Origin: Candidatus Omnitrophota bacterium
GTDB taxonomy: Bacteria; Omnitrophota; Gorgyraeia; Tantalellales; Tantalellaceae
Length of the DNA: 64,000 nucleotides
Assembly (NCBI GenBank): GCA_028715965.1
Contig: JAQUQS010000004.1
Span: forward strand, 61,963 to 125,962
Reading direction: 5' to 3'
Both the position numbers and the translations under genes were made by a program. Position 1 is the first letter of the stretch; each line of letters opens with the position of its first letter. The notes below the pieces were generated by a model that did not search any database, was not told where the DNA came from, and saw only the letters and a list, made by a program, of their open reading frames with translations. Shown piece by piece: positions 49,198 through 61,400 of the stretch.

Positions 49198-50532
49198 ATG
49201 AATATAAGCATACGTACCAAGCTATTCGCTACCACAATATCCATATTGGTGCTGGCCGTAACGTCGACAGCTGCTATCAATATCACTAAGTTCCGGTCAA
49301 TGTACATCGAGGCTATGCTGGAAAGGGCCAGGGCCGACGCCCAGGACATACGTTCCGCCATTCTCCATGGGCTGAACTATTTCCCGTTGGACTCGTTCTC
49401 CGATATGAGATATCTCCTTAGGTCGCGGCTTAGTCCGAAGTTCAGCTATTGTTATGTGGCTAACGCCGACAGGAAGATACTGTACCATAGCGAAGGTGAT
49501 GTCGACGACGATAAGCTACCCGACATATTTACCGCGAAACTGGAGCTTTTAGGGGAGAATAACAGTATAATCGTCTCTGTTGAGGGATACTATGAGAGCG
49601 TGATCCCGATAGTGTTCAAGGAGGAAAGGGTAGGGACGATACATGTTGGCATAGAGAAGAACCTGGTGGATGGGGCGGTTATCCGCATGATAGCCCAGAC
49701 CGTGACCATACTTATTATCGCGCTCCTGGCCTCCATATTCGTGCTCTATTACCTGCTCACCAAGAACATTACAGAGCCCATACGGATGCTCCTGAAAAAG
49801 GTCACCTACATAAACTCACGATTTGATATCACCAAGCGCATAAAAGAACAGAAAGGGGACGAGCTCGCGGCGTTCGCGCGGTCTTTTGACCTCATGTCCG
49901 AGGAACTGCAGATAATATTCGAGGGTAGCATAAACGCCTTGGCCACCGCCGTTGAAAGCAGGGACCCTTACACGGCTGGTCATCAACGAAGGGTGGCAGA
50001 TCTGGCGCGTACCATCGCGAAAGAGATGGGCCTGCCGGAGAAAAAGCAGAACGAGATATATATGTCAGGCATAAGCCATGATATCGGTAAGGTCGGCGTG
50101 CCGACACGAATACTAACGAAACGGGGTAAGTTGACAGAAGAGGAGATAGAGCTCATACGCTCGCATCCACAGGTCGGATACGATATTCTCAAGGCGATCG
50201 ATTTTGACTGGCCCATCGCCAGGACGGTGCTTCAACACCACGAGCATATGGATGGTACGGGGTATCCCAACGGAGCCAATGGTGACAATATACTGTTGGA
50301 GGCCAGGATAATAACGGTCGCGGACGTGGTGGAGGCCATGGCAGCCCCGCGTCCCTACAGGGAAGGCCTGGGTATTGAAGCCGCGCTGGACGAGATATTG
50401 TTGAAGAGGGATACATGGTTCGACCCAAAGGTCGTTGACACGTGTCTCAAACTGTTCTATGAGCAGAAATATACGTTTGATTTTACCAATCTTAATATCA
50501 CGATGATAGACCCGAACCAGCTCTCCCGATAA
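49198..50532 (+). CDS. membrane-anchored sensor: periplasmic domain - TM - HAMP - HD-GYP phosphodiesterase
   Basis: TM1 at the N-terminus, a 150-aa extracytoplasmic segment, TM2 (..IAQTVTILIIALLASIFVLYYLL..), HAMP-like helices, then HD-GYP (..SHDIGKVG..QHHEHMDGTGYPNG..). Confidence 0.8.
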   Translation: MNISIRTKLFATTISILVLAVTSTAAINITKFRSMYIEAMLERARADAQDIRSAILHGLNYFPLDSFSDMRYLLRSRLSPKFSYCYVANADRKILYHSEGDVDDDKLPDIFTAKLELLGENNSIIVSVEGYYESVIPIVFKEERVGTIHVGIEKNLVDGAVIRMIAQTVTILIIALLASIFVLYYLLTKNITEPIRMLLKKVTYINSRFDITKRIKEQKGDELAAFARSFDLMSEELQIIFEGSINALATAVESRDPYTAGHQRRVADLARTIAKEMGLPEKKQNEIYMSGISHDIGKVGVPTRILTKRGKLTEEEIELIRSHPQVGYDILKAIDFDWPIARTVLQHHEHMDGTGYPNGANGDNILLEARIITVADVVEAMAAPRPYREGLGIEAALDEILLKRDTWFDPKVVDTCLKLFYEQKYTFDFTNLNITMIDPNQLSR

Positions 50533-50541
50533 GGTGACTTT

Positions 50542-51708
50542 ATGCAGGATTTTGTTTTTTATAATCCCGTCAAGATAGTGTTTGGCCGGGACGCGACCCT
50601 TAGAATAGGGGAAGAAACCTCGCGTTATGCCAGGAACGTAATGCTTCTTTACGGTGGTGGTAGCGCTCGGGCGAATGGGATATACGATAAGGTATGCGCG
50701 AGCCTCACTGATAGCGGGGTAGACTGGACCGAGCGGGGTGGGGTAAGGCCTAATCCTGTCCTGTCGTTCGTCAGGGACTCTATCCGTGTATTCAGGGAGA
50801 AGGGCCTGGACGGGATAGTGGCAGTAGGTGGCGGGAGTGTCATTGATACGGCTAAGACCATAGCGGCCGGGGTGATGTATGATGGGGATCCTTGGGATTT
50901 TTTCATAGAAAAAGCGACGCCTGTACGTGCCGTACCGATCACGGTCGTTCTTACGCTGCCGGCCGCCGCTTCGGAAATGAACTGCGGTGCAGTTATAACC
51001 AATGAACTGACGTTACAGAAGTATCATTTCATATCAGAACAGGTGTTCCCTAAAGTGTCTATTCTTGACCCGGTGAACACTTTCACGGTCCCGCGTGATT
51101 ATTCGATGTTCGGCGCGATAGACGCGATAATACATCTGCTTGAGGGTTATTTCAATTGTATAGAGACGGATATGCCGGTGCAGGACCCGTACGTCGAGGG
51201 TCTTGTCAGGTCGATCATGCGTAGCGCGGATAAAATATATACCTCCCCCAAAGATTATAAAGCCCGGGCTGATCTTATGTGGGCGGCAACGCTTGCGCTT
51301 AACGGCTCGGCTTCTGCCGGTATCGGGCCGACGGGGTTCCCCATGCATATGATAGAACACTCGTTAAGCGCTTTGTATGACGTGCCGCATGGCGCTGGCC
51401 TGGCCATAGTATCCCTGGCTTGGATGAAATATGCGTATAAAGAGCGGAAAAACAGGTTCACGCGTTTCGCGGAAAAGATCTTCGATATATCCGATGGGGA
51501 GGGGGAGGGCGTCGCGCTTGAGGGGATAACCGCGCTTGAGCGATGGTATAAGAGCGTTTCCGCGCCGGTCCGGCTGGCTGATATTGGTGTGTCCCGGGAA
51601 GAGATCGCCTTGATATCCGAGAACGCGTATATGACGTCGGTCCAGTGGGGGCTTGACGGAAGGTATACGCGGGAAACTATTGCGGACATACTTGAACTGG
51701 CCGCTTGA
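50542..51708 (+). CDS. iron-containing (group III) alcohol dehydrogenase
   Basis: ..VMLLYGGGSARANGIYDKV.., ..AVGGGSVIDTAK.. and His-rich metal motifs typical of the Fe-ADH family (YqhD/BdhA-like). Confidence 0.85.
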   Translation: MQDFVFYNPVKIVFGRDATLRIGEETSRYARNVMLLYGGGSARANGIYDKVCASLTDSGVDWTERGGVRPNPVLSFVRDSIRVFREKGLDGIVAVGGGSVIDTAKTIAAGVMYDGDPWDFFIEKATPVRAVPITVVLTLPAAASEMNCGAVITNELTLQKYHFISEQVFPKVSILDPVNTFTVPRDYSMFGAIDAIIHLLEGYFNCIETDMPVQDPYVEGLVRSIMRSADKIYTSPKDYKARADLMWAATLALNGSASAGIGPTGFPMHMIEHSLSALYDVPHGAGLAIVSLAWMKYAYKERKNRFTRFAEKIFDISDGEGEGVALEGITALERWYKSVSAPVRLADIGVSREEIALISENAYMTSVQWGLDGRYTRETIADILELAA

Positions 51709-51859
51709 ATATCACATATTATCCAAATTATATCTTGTCACACGACGCATTATACACTAAAATGCATTTTACTTGTTCGCTCCGCTCCGCGAGGTCGATC
51801 GGGCACGCGTATTGTCCGGTAAAGCGCGGTAAAACAACAAATGGGGGAAGTGGTAATAC

Positions 51860-53806
51860 ATGTCGATGAACATGAGCCTGACATATAAGATATTGAAAGA
51901 ACACCTTGTCGCCGGGGAACTGGAGCCGGGGAAAGAGATCGGGATAAGGATAGACCAGACGCTTACACAGGACGCTACCGGGACAATGGCGTACCTTCAG
52001 TTCGAGTCCATGGGGATACCCCGGGTGCGAACGGAGATATCGGTAAGTTATGTGGACCACAATACGATACAGCAAGGCTTTGAGAACGCGGATGACCACA
52101 GGTATTTGCGGACCTTAGCGTCCAAATATGGTATATATTTTTCCCGTCCGGGTAACGGTATCTGCCACCAGGTCCATCTGGAGAGGTTCGGGGCTCCGGG
52201 TAAAACACTTCTTGGCAGCGACAGCCATACCCCGACCGGCGGCGGTATCGGCATGATAGCCATCGGGGCTGGCGGGCTGGATGTGGCTGTGGCTATGGGT
52301 GGCGGGGCGTTCTACCTTACGGCTCCTCGGGTCATAAAGGTCGAGCTTGTAGGGAAACTGAGAAAATGGGTCTCGGCCAAGGACGTGATCTTGCATATAC
52401 TGGATGTCCTGTCCACTAAAGGCAATGTTAATATGGTGCTTGAGTACGCGGGGGAGGGGGTCAAAACGCTTTCAGTGCCGGAAAGGGCCACCATAACCAA
52501 TATGGGCGCCGAAACAGGCGTTACGACCAGTATTTTCCCTTCCGATGAAATGACGTTAAGGTTTTTGCGCGCCCAGGGTCGGGAAGCGTCCTGGAGGGAG
52601 TTGGCGGCCGATGAGGGCGCGAACTATGACCGCGTGTTAACGGTCGATCTTGCTAAAGTTGTGCCTATGGCCGCGGCGCCGCATTCACCCGGGAATGTGG
52701 TCAAGGTCGCTGATATCGCAGGTCTTAAGGTTGACCAGGTGGCTATCGGAAGCTGTACGAATTCCTCATTGAGGGATCTATTCGTAGCGGGAGAAGTGCT
52801 TTCCGGGAAAAAAGTCCATCCGGATACGTCGCTTGTGGTCGCGCCCGGGTCTAAACAGGTGTTTTCCATGATATCAAAAAGCGGGACGTTGACCAAGATG
52901 ATCGCTGCCGGCGCGCGGATAATGGAGAGTGTCTGCGGTTTTTGCATAGGAAATGGACAGGCCCCGGAATCCGACGCGGTCTCTGTCCGTACAAGCAACC
53001 GGAATTTCGAAGGACGTTCCGGGACCAGGTCGGCGCGGGTCTATCTTGTTTCTCCCGAGACAGCGGCATTATGCGCGATAAACGGTAAATTCACGGATCC
53101 TTTATCCGTGCCGGAAGGATCATACCCTGAATTCCATATGCCTGCAGAGTTCGATGTCGATGATAGTATGGTGTTGCCGCCTTCGGACCCGCAACGAGCT
53201 GGGGCAGTTAAGGTGCTCAGGGGGCCGAATATCGGTGACCCGCCCAAGAACAAGCCACTTAACGATTCCTTGGCAGGAGAGATCGCCATCAAGGTCGGTG
53301 ACAAGATCACTACCGACCATATAATGCCTGCCGGTAGCCGGCTGAAATATCGTTCGAATGTCAAAAAGTACTCGGAATACGTTTTTGAGGGCGAGGACCC
53401 CACTTTTTCCGCACGTGCTGCCGTATTGCGTAACCGGGGTAAAAGTGTCTTTATCGTGGCGGGGGAGAGCTATGGGCAGGGTTCGAGCCGTGAACATGCC
53501 GCTTTATGTCCAATGTTCCTGGGGGTCAAGGCGGTGATCGCGCGCTCTTTTGAGCGGATCCACGCGGCAAATCTAGTGAATTTCGGTATTTTACCGCTGG
53601 TCTTTGATGACCCGGAGGACTATGACCGGGTAGATCTGGGAGACCAGGCCGAAATTAATGGCATATTAGACGCTCTGGGGGCTGATATCGACCTGTTGCT
53701 GGAAGTGCCTGCCAAGGGCCTTAAAATGCGTTTAAAGTACCATTTATCGGCACGTCAGCGTGAGATAGTCATGGCCGGAGGGCTGTTGAACTATACCGCA
53801 AGGTAA
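51860..53806 (+). CDS. aconitase-family hydro-lyase (putative aconitate hydratase, 650-aa single-chain type)
   Basis: Fe-S ligand Cys (..IGSCTNSS.., ..CGFCIG..), aconitase signature ..SNRNFEGR.., and a C-terminal swivel-domain motif ..GESYGQGSSREHAAL.. in one polypeptide. Confidence 0.8.
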   Translation: MSMNMSLTYKILKEHLVAGELEPGKEIGIRIDQTLTQDATGTMAYLQFESMGIPRVRTEISVSYVDHNTIQQGFENADDHRYLRTLASKYGIYFSRPGNGICHQVHLERFGAPGKTLLGSDSHTPTGGGIGMIAIGAGGLDVAVAMGGGAFYLTAPRVIKVELVGKLRKWVSAKDVILHILDVLSTKGNVNMVLEYAGEGVKTLSVPERATITNMGAETGVTTSIFPSDEMTLRFLRAQGREASWRELAADEGANYDRVLTVDLAKVVPMAAAPHSPGNVVKVADIAGLKVDQVAIGSCTNSSLRDLFVAGEVLSGKKVHPDTSLVVAPGSKQVFSMISKSGTLTKMIAAGARIMESVCGFCIGNGQAPESDAVSVRTSNRNFEGRSGTRSARVYLVSPETAALCAINGKFTDPLSVPEGSYPEFHMPAEFDVDDSMVLPPSDPQRAGAVKVLRGPNIGDPPKNKPLNDSLAGEIAIKVGDKITTDHIMPAGSRLKYRSNVKKYSEYVFEGEDPTFSARAAVLRNRGKSVFIVAGESYGQGSSREHAALCPMFLGVKAVIARSFERIHAANLVNFGILPLVFDDPEDYDRVDLGDQAEINGILDALGADIDLLLEVPAKGLKMRLKYHLSARQREIVMAGGLLNYTAR

Positions 53807-53861
53807 CCACAATATATAACGCCAAACAGGTCTTTTCCTTATTAATAAGTTAACATAACAT

Positions 53862-54945
53862 ACATTATCGGACGTTGCAAATGGAGGGCCTCTGGGGTGT
53901 TTTTAAGGGGTTTTTGAGCGACGTTCGATAATGTGATCTGGCGCCTCTTTGCGGGACAACGTCCAATAATGCCGGAACATTATCCGACGATACCCTGCTT
54001 CGCATATCATCCGATAATATTCCCCTAAGCGCGTCTATTTTTGGTATCAGTACCGCGCTTATCGGACGTTGCAAATGGAGGGCCTCTGGGGTGTTTTTAA
54101 GGGGTTTTTGAGCGACGTTCGATAATGTGATCTGGCGCCTCTTTGCGGGACAACGTCCAATAATGCCGGAACATTATCCGACGATACCCTGCTTCGCATA
54201 TCATCCGATAATATTCCCCTAAGCGCGTCTATTTTTGGTATCAGTACCGCGCTTATCGGACGTTGCAAATGAGGGCTTTCTAAGGGTGTTTGCCTGGGTT
54301 TTGTCCCGAGTTTTTCACGTCGGATAATGTATGAATACTTCGAGACAATTCCCAACATCCAATAATGTGGGAATATTATCCGACGATACCCTGCTTCGCA
54401 TATCATCCGATAATATTCCCCTAAGCGCGTCTATTTTTGGTATCAGTACCGCGCTTATCGGACGTTGTAAATGAGGGCTTTCTAGGGGTGTTTGCCTGGG
54501 TTTTGTCCCGAGTTTCTCACGTCGGATAATGTATGAATACTTTGAGACAATTCCCAACATCCAATAATGCCGGAACATTATCCGACGATACCCTGCTTCG
54601 CGGATCATCCGATAATATTCCCCTAAGCGCGTCTATTTTTGGTATCAGTACCGCGCTTATCGGACGTTGCAAATGGAGGGCCTCTGGGGTGTTTTTAAGG
54701 GGTTTTTGAGCGACGTTCGATAATGTGATCTGGCGCCTCTTTGCGGGACAACGTCCAATAATGCCGGAACATTATCCGACGATACCCTGCTTCGCATATC
54801 ATCCGATAATATTCTCCTAAGCGCGTCTATTTTTGGTATCAGTACCGCGCTTATCGGACGTTGCAAATGGAGGGCCTCTGGGGTGTTTTTAAGGGGTTTT
54901 TGGGCGACGTTCGATAATGTGATCTGGCGCCTCTTCGCGGGACAA
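53862..54945. repeat. noncoding tandem array of 5.5 units of 194-202 bp (order A-A-B-B-A-A'), each dense in ATAATG/CATTAT-type inverted motifs
   Basis: Unit starts (TTATCGGACGTTG) at 53865, 54059, 54253, 54455, 54657 and 54851. Units share 17 bp at the left and about 95 bp at the right, with two alternative central segments. Minus-strand ORFs here are repeat artefacts. Confidence 0.85.
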
Positions 54946-55117
54946 CTCCCTTAACCGCCTTTTCTTTACTTACATTGCTTTTTGAAGGTTGATTTGAAAT
55001 AACTTAAATATGATCGCATGTACTTGGCAATTTATTGTAAATTCGTATACTTTTTATAGTACGTTATTTTATGTTGACTGATATATGTTCAGGTTTTCAG
55101 ATAAAAGGAGTTGTCAT

Positions 55118-55429
55118 ATGAGGAGCGCACTCGGAAAAACGTGCATGGCGGTTATTTTTGCGTGTCTTTTCATCTCGGCCGCTATTACCGTACGCGCGGA
55201 AGTCGTGGCCGACGGTGAAAAAAGCCAAAGATCGGCCCTGAAGTTCGGAGATGCGGCCGGTTCGGAATTTTCATTTGGGGACGGTATGGACTGGGACGTG
55301 CCCGCTGGTGATGCCACCGATGGCTTTGCCCTTTTCGGCCAAGCCGATCTACGTCCCTATAAAGGTAAGGACACTACTAACCCCCTACCCGCCGACTGCG
55401 TTGTGCAGGAAGAAGTACAGAACGAGTGA
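55118..55429 (+). CDS. hypothetical small secreted protein
   Basis: AAGGAG RBS 6 nt before ATG. Signal peptide (..AVIFACLFISAAITVRA). G/D/A-rich mature part. Confidence 0.3.
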   Translation: MRSALGKTCMAVIFACLFISAAITVRAEVVADGEKSQRSALKFGDAAGSEFSFGDGMDWDVPAGDATDGFALFGQADLRPYKGKDTTNPLPADCVVQEEVQNE

Positions 55430-55472
55430 TCCGATCGACGCCCCTTTTTGTTGTACGCCTCTATCCGTCGGA

Positions 55473-58400
55473 TTAGAACGCTGTATCGGCTTTAAGGTCA
55501 GCGAATAAAGCGTTGTCGATATCCTCGTCGGTCGTGTCCTGCCCCTGCCCGCCGGCATCAAGTTTTAATGTTATTGCGCCTTTCTTTGTCATTTCCCGCA
55601 GACGTTTCAAACCTTCATCGGTGAACGCCGCCTGGAACCCCCTGTATGTTATCGCGAGTGCCAGTACCTTGCCGAAAATATGGCCCTTTTCCGCCAGTAC
55701 GAAATTGTCGCTTATTTTGGCGATCTCCGTGATGAGTGCCGTGGCGGAATCGAAATCTTCGCGCAACGCGACGCCGGTGATCACGATCTTTTTGGCGCCA
55801 AGGGACCTGGCGAGTGTTTCCGCCTCGTAAAGTATGGTCGTAAGGTCCTCTATGGTGGAAACCTCTTTTACCATCTGGTACGAGCCGTTATCCTTCAGGC
55901 GTTTCATGCCTTTCTCGTCACTTTTCGCTGCCGTCTCGGTAGCTATACATATGTTTACGGTATCCGGGGACTTAAGTTTGTTCCAGCCTCCGGCGTTAGC
56001 GTTCACCGCTGCGTTTGCCTGGGTTCCGTAATCCATTATTTGCGGGGCCGTGGTAATAACCGTTCCATCTCCTGCCATCTCGCCGCCATTGCCCGTGATA
56101 TCAACGGCGTTGAATGTGGCCGGGGCCATTAACCCGCCCTGTTCTCCGGAAATGCGTCCGTTCCGTGACATGATGATCCGTGTAGCCAGTGTGGCTGTTA
56201 GCGGAAGCTCGCTCGCGGCCGGGTTTCTTAATCCTTCCGCGGTGAGGTCTCTCAGATATTTGAGCTGGTCGGCACTGGACCGTTCCGCGATACCGCGTAC
56301 AGCCCGGGCCATTGATTCCATATCAGTTGCTGAATCATCCTCATCCGGCGTTTCTTCTAGGAGCATATCACCGGCCGCGGCATCTATGATCTCGGCCGCG
56401 GTATAGGCCTCTGCCAGCGCGCTTTCGGTCATATTCCCGTTCGCGTCACATTTACTGAAGATCGCGACAAGCATGTCGACAGCTTTATCCCGTTCGCCGT
56501 TCTCCAGTGCCTTCCGCAGTTCGGGTAATATCCCGCCGATAGTTGCACTTGGATCCAGGCTCTTGGCCTTATGTGTATCCGGAGCCAGGCCGGGGGTCGA
56601 ACTGTCCCGGGTCATGCCGTCATCCGTGGTGCCCTGCTCTTCCGGAACGGAAGATGGCGTATCCGCTGAGGTTATGTCTTCTACTCCTGCCAGCCTGAAG
56701 GCATATTTGCCCTCCCCTACCCTGCTGCCGGCGATGTTGATACGGGCGATGGTGAGCCTTTTTCCCATTACCGTTACGATGATCTCATTTGTCTTTGTGC
56801 CAAAGCCCGGTATCTGGCGGTCGATATCGGCAGTAAGCGCTTTTACGACTTTATTTTCAAATACGCAGAATATGTTGAACGCGCCGGTCGCCTGGTCGAG
56901 TTTTTCCACCACGAATATCAGGTTCCCGTCCGCGTCATGGTCGGCGTAGTACCGGGTGACACGCGCGATCCTGCCGTCTGAGCCCATTTCATGTATCCAT
57001 GAGGTGCCGGTGCTTGTTATGTCTATTCCGCGATATGCCGCTTCAGCTATTTTTACGGCTATATCCGCGATATGTGATGCCTTATATCCGTCGATGCCCG
57101 CTTCAGCGTATGGTTCGGAGTGGCCGTCAAAAATGACATTATCCAGGTCATCTACGGTCACTATATCAGATGCTCCGAAATCGACCATTGAGCCCCTGAA
57201 ACTGATGGTGGCGGATGTGGATATCCTTATGGCCTCAGTCCCGCTTGCCATGAAAGCATAGCGCACTTCATACGGCAATACTCCCCCGAAATTACTGGAT
57301 GCGACATCTCGCAGGAATGTATATTCCTCTGGATCGATCGTGCCGATATTGGTAAGTTCCGCCAGGACATCCATAAGATCCGCACTTTTTATCATGACGC
57401 TTTGAGTCTGGCTGGAATGGTCTATGCGTATCCGGTATACTGCCGCATCATTGACGTTATCGACGCGATCTATTGAATATAAGTGCCCGCCGTTCTCTCT
57501 CAGGTCGATCTCTATGCTCTGCCCAATGGAGACCTGTCCTTTAAGGCCCATTTCGATGCGGGTGTTCAGTTCTCCCATGTTCCAATCGTTCCCGGTACCG
57601 TCCGGTCTTTCCATTTTCAGTGAGGATATGCGGTTTTCCGTGATCTCCGCCCGGAACCGGTCCATATTGCCGTAGGCATCATAGATGCTCGCGTTCACCG
57701 TTGCGGTCCTCAGTGCCGGAATACCTCGGGCTATGGCAGCTACGCGGGAAATGAACGTTTCAAGGTCTCCCGCGGTGGATCCCAGGACCATATCTTCCAC
57801 GAGCCGCGCGGCCCCGCCCGGGATAAGTTCCCGGTTCCCGGTCGTGTTCAGGACAAGTGTCATGGAGCGTTCGTTGAAGTTGTCGGTCAAGGTAAGGGAT
57901 ATCTTACCGTAAGCTAGTTCGCTGAGATCTGCTTCTATGGCTACACCGTCTATGTCGAACTGCATGGTACCTGAAGTCAGTCCATTCTCGGTCATGGCGC
58001 GGTTTATCGCGGGAAGTACGTCGTTAAGTACGCCCAGCCCCTGCTCTCCCGTGATGGAGACGCCTTCGATCAGTGCGTTAAGTGTGTTCTGGTCAAAGGT
58101 CTTGCCGGCCGCTATCTTAACGGAGACATCCGCCCCCGAAGATGTGGAACGTATGTTCGCCTGGCCGGTCACGAGGTCCAGGCTTATATCGGTCCCGTCT
58201 ATCCGCATGCTGATATAAGTGAGGGACGACAGGCTGTTGAACCCCAGCTCATTGGTTCCTATCCCTGCGGTGGTTTTCCCGGAGGCCGCTTTTTGTGAAA
58301 GCCCGTTCGCGGCATCCCCGAAGTGCATCGCGTTGTTCTCCTGCGCGTTATCAAGGTAGTCGTCTATGGTCACCGTATCCGCATTCTCATCTATATAGCC

Positions 58401-61400
58401 TTCCGCGGGTACGTTCATTTTTATAGCTCTTTCCGTGAGCGGGTTGGATATCGTTACTGCGGATCCTCCTTCGCCCAGGTCGAGTTCCAGTATCCGGTCG
58501 TCAGAGACGGTCGATCTGACAGATCTTGTATTTATGTTATCGCTTATCGCCGTTGAACGCAATTGACGTACCATGCCGTTGAACGCATTGACGGTGGTAA
58601 CCACTCCTTTCTCTGTAGTGAGGTCCAGGTCGAGGCCTGTCGTGCCGGCTGTTTTAGCGATAGCCTGGACCGCGGAGATGATCGCCGGGATATTGCTGCC
58701 CGTGCCGGCTGTCATCTGTAAACTTGGACCGTGGGCCTCAAGTGAGATGCTGCCGGAAACAAGTGAAGCATATACTCCGGGAGCGGAGATGATGCTGTTA
58801 AATGCCTGCCCGAACAGTTTTTCGGTGCCGAGTATCTTTCCGACCGTCTTCGCGCCATCGATATCCGCTATGATGTCTTCGTTGGCCAATGACCTTATGA
58901 ACTCGGCCGCGTCTTCGGTCGCCAGGGCTGTTTCCTGTTTTGTATGGTCGGTCCGCCCGGAGGCTTCATGTGCGACCTCATGCGAGATGACCATGTCGCG
59001 TAGTATGCCCTCTATTCTTTGCGCGCCGGTGGTGTCTATGCCCAGTCCTTCCGCGATCCTTCCCGCAAGGTGTTTTATGGCCTGTGTGTTGAGCGCTATT
59101 ATGCCGTCTTTTTCATTGTTACCGCCGAGATCCGTCCCCAGTCCTTCCGAGCGGGAGGTCGACACCACAGTCAGGCCTTTTCTCAGTCCGTCACCATTGG
59201 TCCGCCGCATTGAGGCGTTAGCGACCGAGTTGGCTATTTCCTGCCGTGTTGCCGTGCTGCCGAAGTGGCTATCAACATACACTGGCGCGGAGGAACCGTC
59301 CTCTTGTCGGCCGGTCTCGGGTTGCACAGCCCAACGGGACCCGCCGGTATCAGTGGTCTCACCACGGATATCCGCTGCCCTGGACATCATCGCCGAGGTG
59401 TGTCGCGGAGCCCTTGCTTCAGATACCCCTCTGCCGGTGGTGTGCTGGAAACTTAGGGATTCTCCGCTTTCCAGAATTATCTCTCTGGGTGCGCTCGAGG
59501 TCCCGGAGGCCGCCCCGACAAGGTCATCCAGGTCAATATCGTTTATCTGGTCTACCAGGTCCTTAACGTGTTTGTCCAAAGTATCTATGCCCTCATCCCC
59601 GGGAAGGAGTGTTCGCAGGCTGTCAACCTTGGCGCTTACATCGGCCGGCGCCCCGGTTTCCGTGACGAGCGGGGTGTCAGAGGTCTTTCTCCCGAGTATC
59701 ATCTGGGCTTCCCGCATACGTCCCGTTTGTCCTGTACCGTTGAACGCATCGATGACGCTGTTGGCCTGCATGGCGTCGATATTCGAATTCAGGTTCTCCA
59801 TATGTGAACGGAAAAGCCCTGCCGCGGGATTCTCGAAATCCATTGAGGTCCCAAATCCGCCGTTATCGCGGATGGCCTTCGTCATTTCCGCGCGTTCTGC
59901 ATTCCGTATCCGCATGTCCGAAACGTCCACATAATGGTGTATGTTCCCTTCTCCCCTGCCGGGCGCGTTTATCCTCTGTTCCTGTTGTTTCATCGCGCTG
60001 GAGGAGCCTATTTCGGTGGTAAAGAACTCTACGCCCTGGAAACCTCCGGTGTTCCCGAATTCTATAAAGTCCTGTGCCTTGCCATTGATCCATTTTTTGG
60101 AGAATGTATTGGCGCCAGTGCCGAGTTTTGATACAAGGTGGATAGAGTTACCGAACATTTCCCTGACCTGACCCTGTTCTGCCGGGCTGGCCATGCGTAC
60201 CGCGTCCCTTACTGCCTCAAAGGAGTTAGGGTTCTCATATACCAGTATGTTGACCGTTCTGCCGGCGTTGGATGTGGTATATTTTGTCACGCCCTTAATA
60301 GGAACGGTTCTGCCGTTCACTTTTAGGGTAACCGTCTCGCCTTTCAGTTCCGCCTCAGGGGCCTTTCCCATGAGGCCCTTAAGGGCCGCTTCCGCACTGG
60401 CCATGGTGCCGAACGCGCCCACTATAAGGCGTATTCCGCCGTTCTTGGCATTTTCCGCCTGTGACCCCATTACAGCTTTACTGAAGGCACCGATGAGCTC
60501 AGCGGAACCCTCAAAGAACATTGTTTTCGCTGAAGTGTGCCAATCGCTCTGGCCCAGGTCTATGATACTTGCACCCATCGCGTTAAGGGCTATACGGCAG
60601 CCCTCGATCGTGCCTGTGAAACCTGTCATTATGTCCTGTCCGGTCGCTGAGTGCCGGTTGATATAGGCGATCGCCTCACTTATGCTTACCCCTCTCTGTG
60701 ATGAGGTAATAAGGGCGTTTATGGCGTTGGAGGCCTCGATCCCGGCTACGTTCTTCTCGTTATACCGGCCGCCGCTTGTTGCTCTCATCTTGGCGCTCTC
60801 GACCTGGCCTCTGTGGTGTATGGCCAAGGCCTTCCAGGGGTCGCCATACTGGGTATTGACCATATCCTCGCCTGTCATCCTGTCATGCATAGTATATGAG
60901 CTCATCGTGCCGGTCCAGAGGTCCAGGTTCACGGAGAACCCGCCTTTCTGCTGTAACTTACAGGTTAGAGGATCGGCCGCACGGTTTACATAGGTATTAA
61001 AGAGCATGCGTGCGTTGTTGACGCCTCCCAGGGAGGCAAGTTCGGCCTGAGAGAGTGAAGATAGCATGCTTTCCACTACGGCCTTCGCGGCTTCGTATGT
61101 GAGATGGCGGTTGTTCGTGGTAGCGTCGAAATCAAAGTATTTTTGCCATCCTTTGGCGCCGCCGTTCCATCGGGAAAGTATAGCGTCCCTGCCGGCGAGC
61201 GCGCCTTTGTTCAGCGCTTCATAGAACCGTTTTTCCCCGCCTTTTGCCTGCGCGAACATGTTGCGTGCTACGTTAAATGTAAGGTTCGTGGTCTGCATGA
61301 CCGCTTCCACTTCGTCGATGCTGAACTGGTGGAACCCTTCGAGTTTTTCCGGGGAATTGAAATAAATTTCCAGCAGGGTCTTTGATGCCATTATATTTAC

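Noticed and set aside
53865-54866. Four minus-strand ORFs of 69-115 aa (MQRPISAVLIPKIDALR...) that tile the tandem array.
   Set aside because: They are the same repeat translated over and over. The unit length (194/202 bp) does not preserve frame across variant units. The peptides are Arg-rich and low-complexity, with no start context. Called noncoding.
53862-54945. CRISPR array.
   Set aside because: Repeat period of about 200 bp with near-identical units and no unique spacers. No cas genes in the window.
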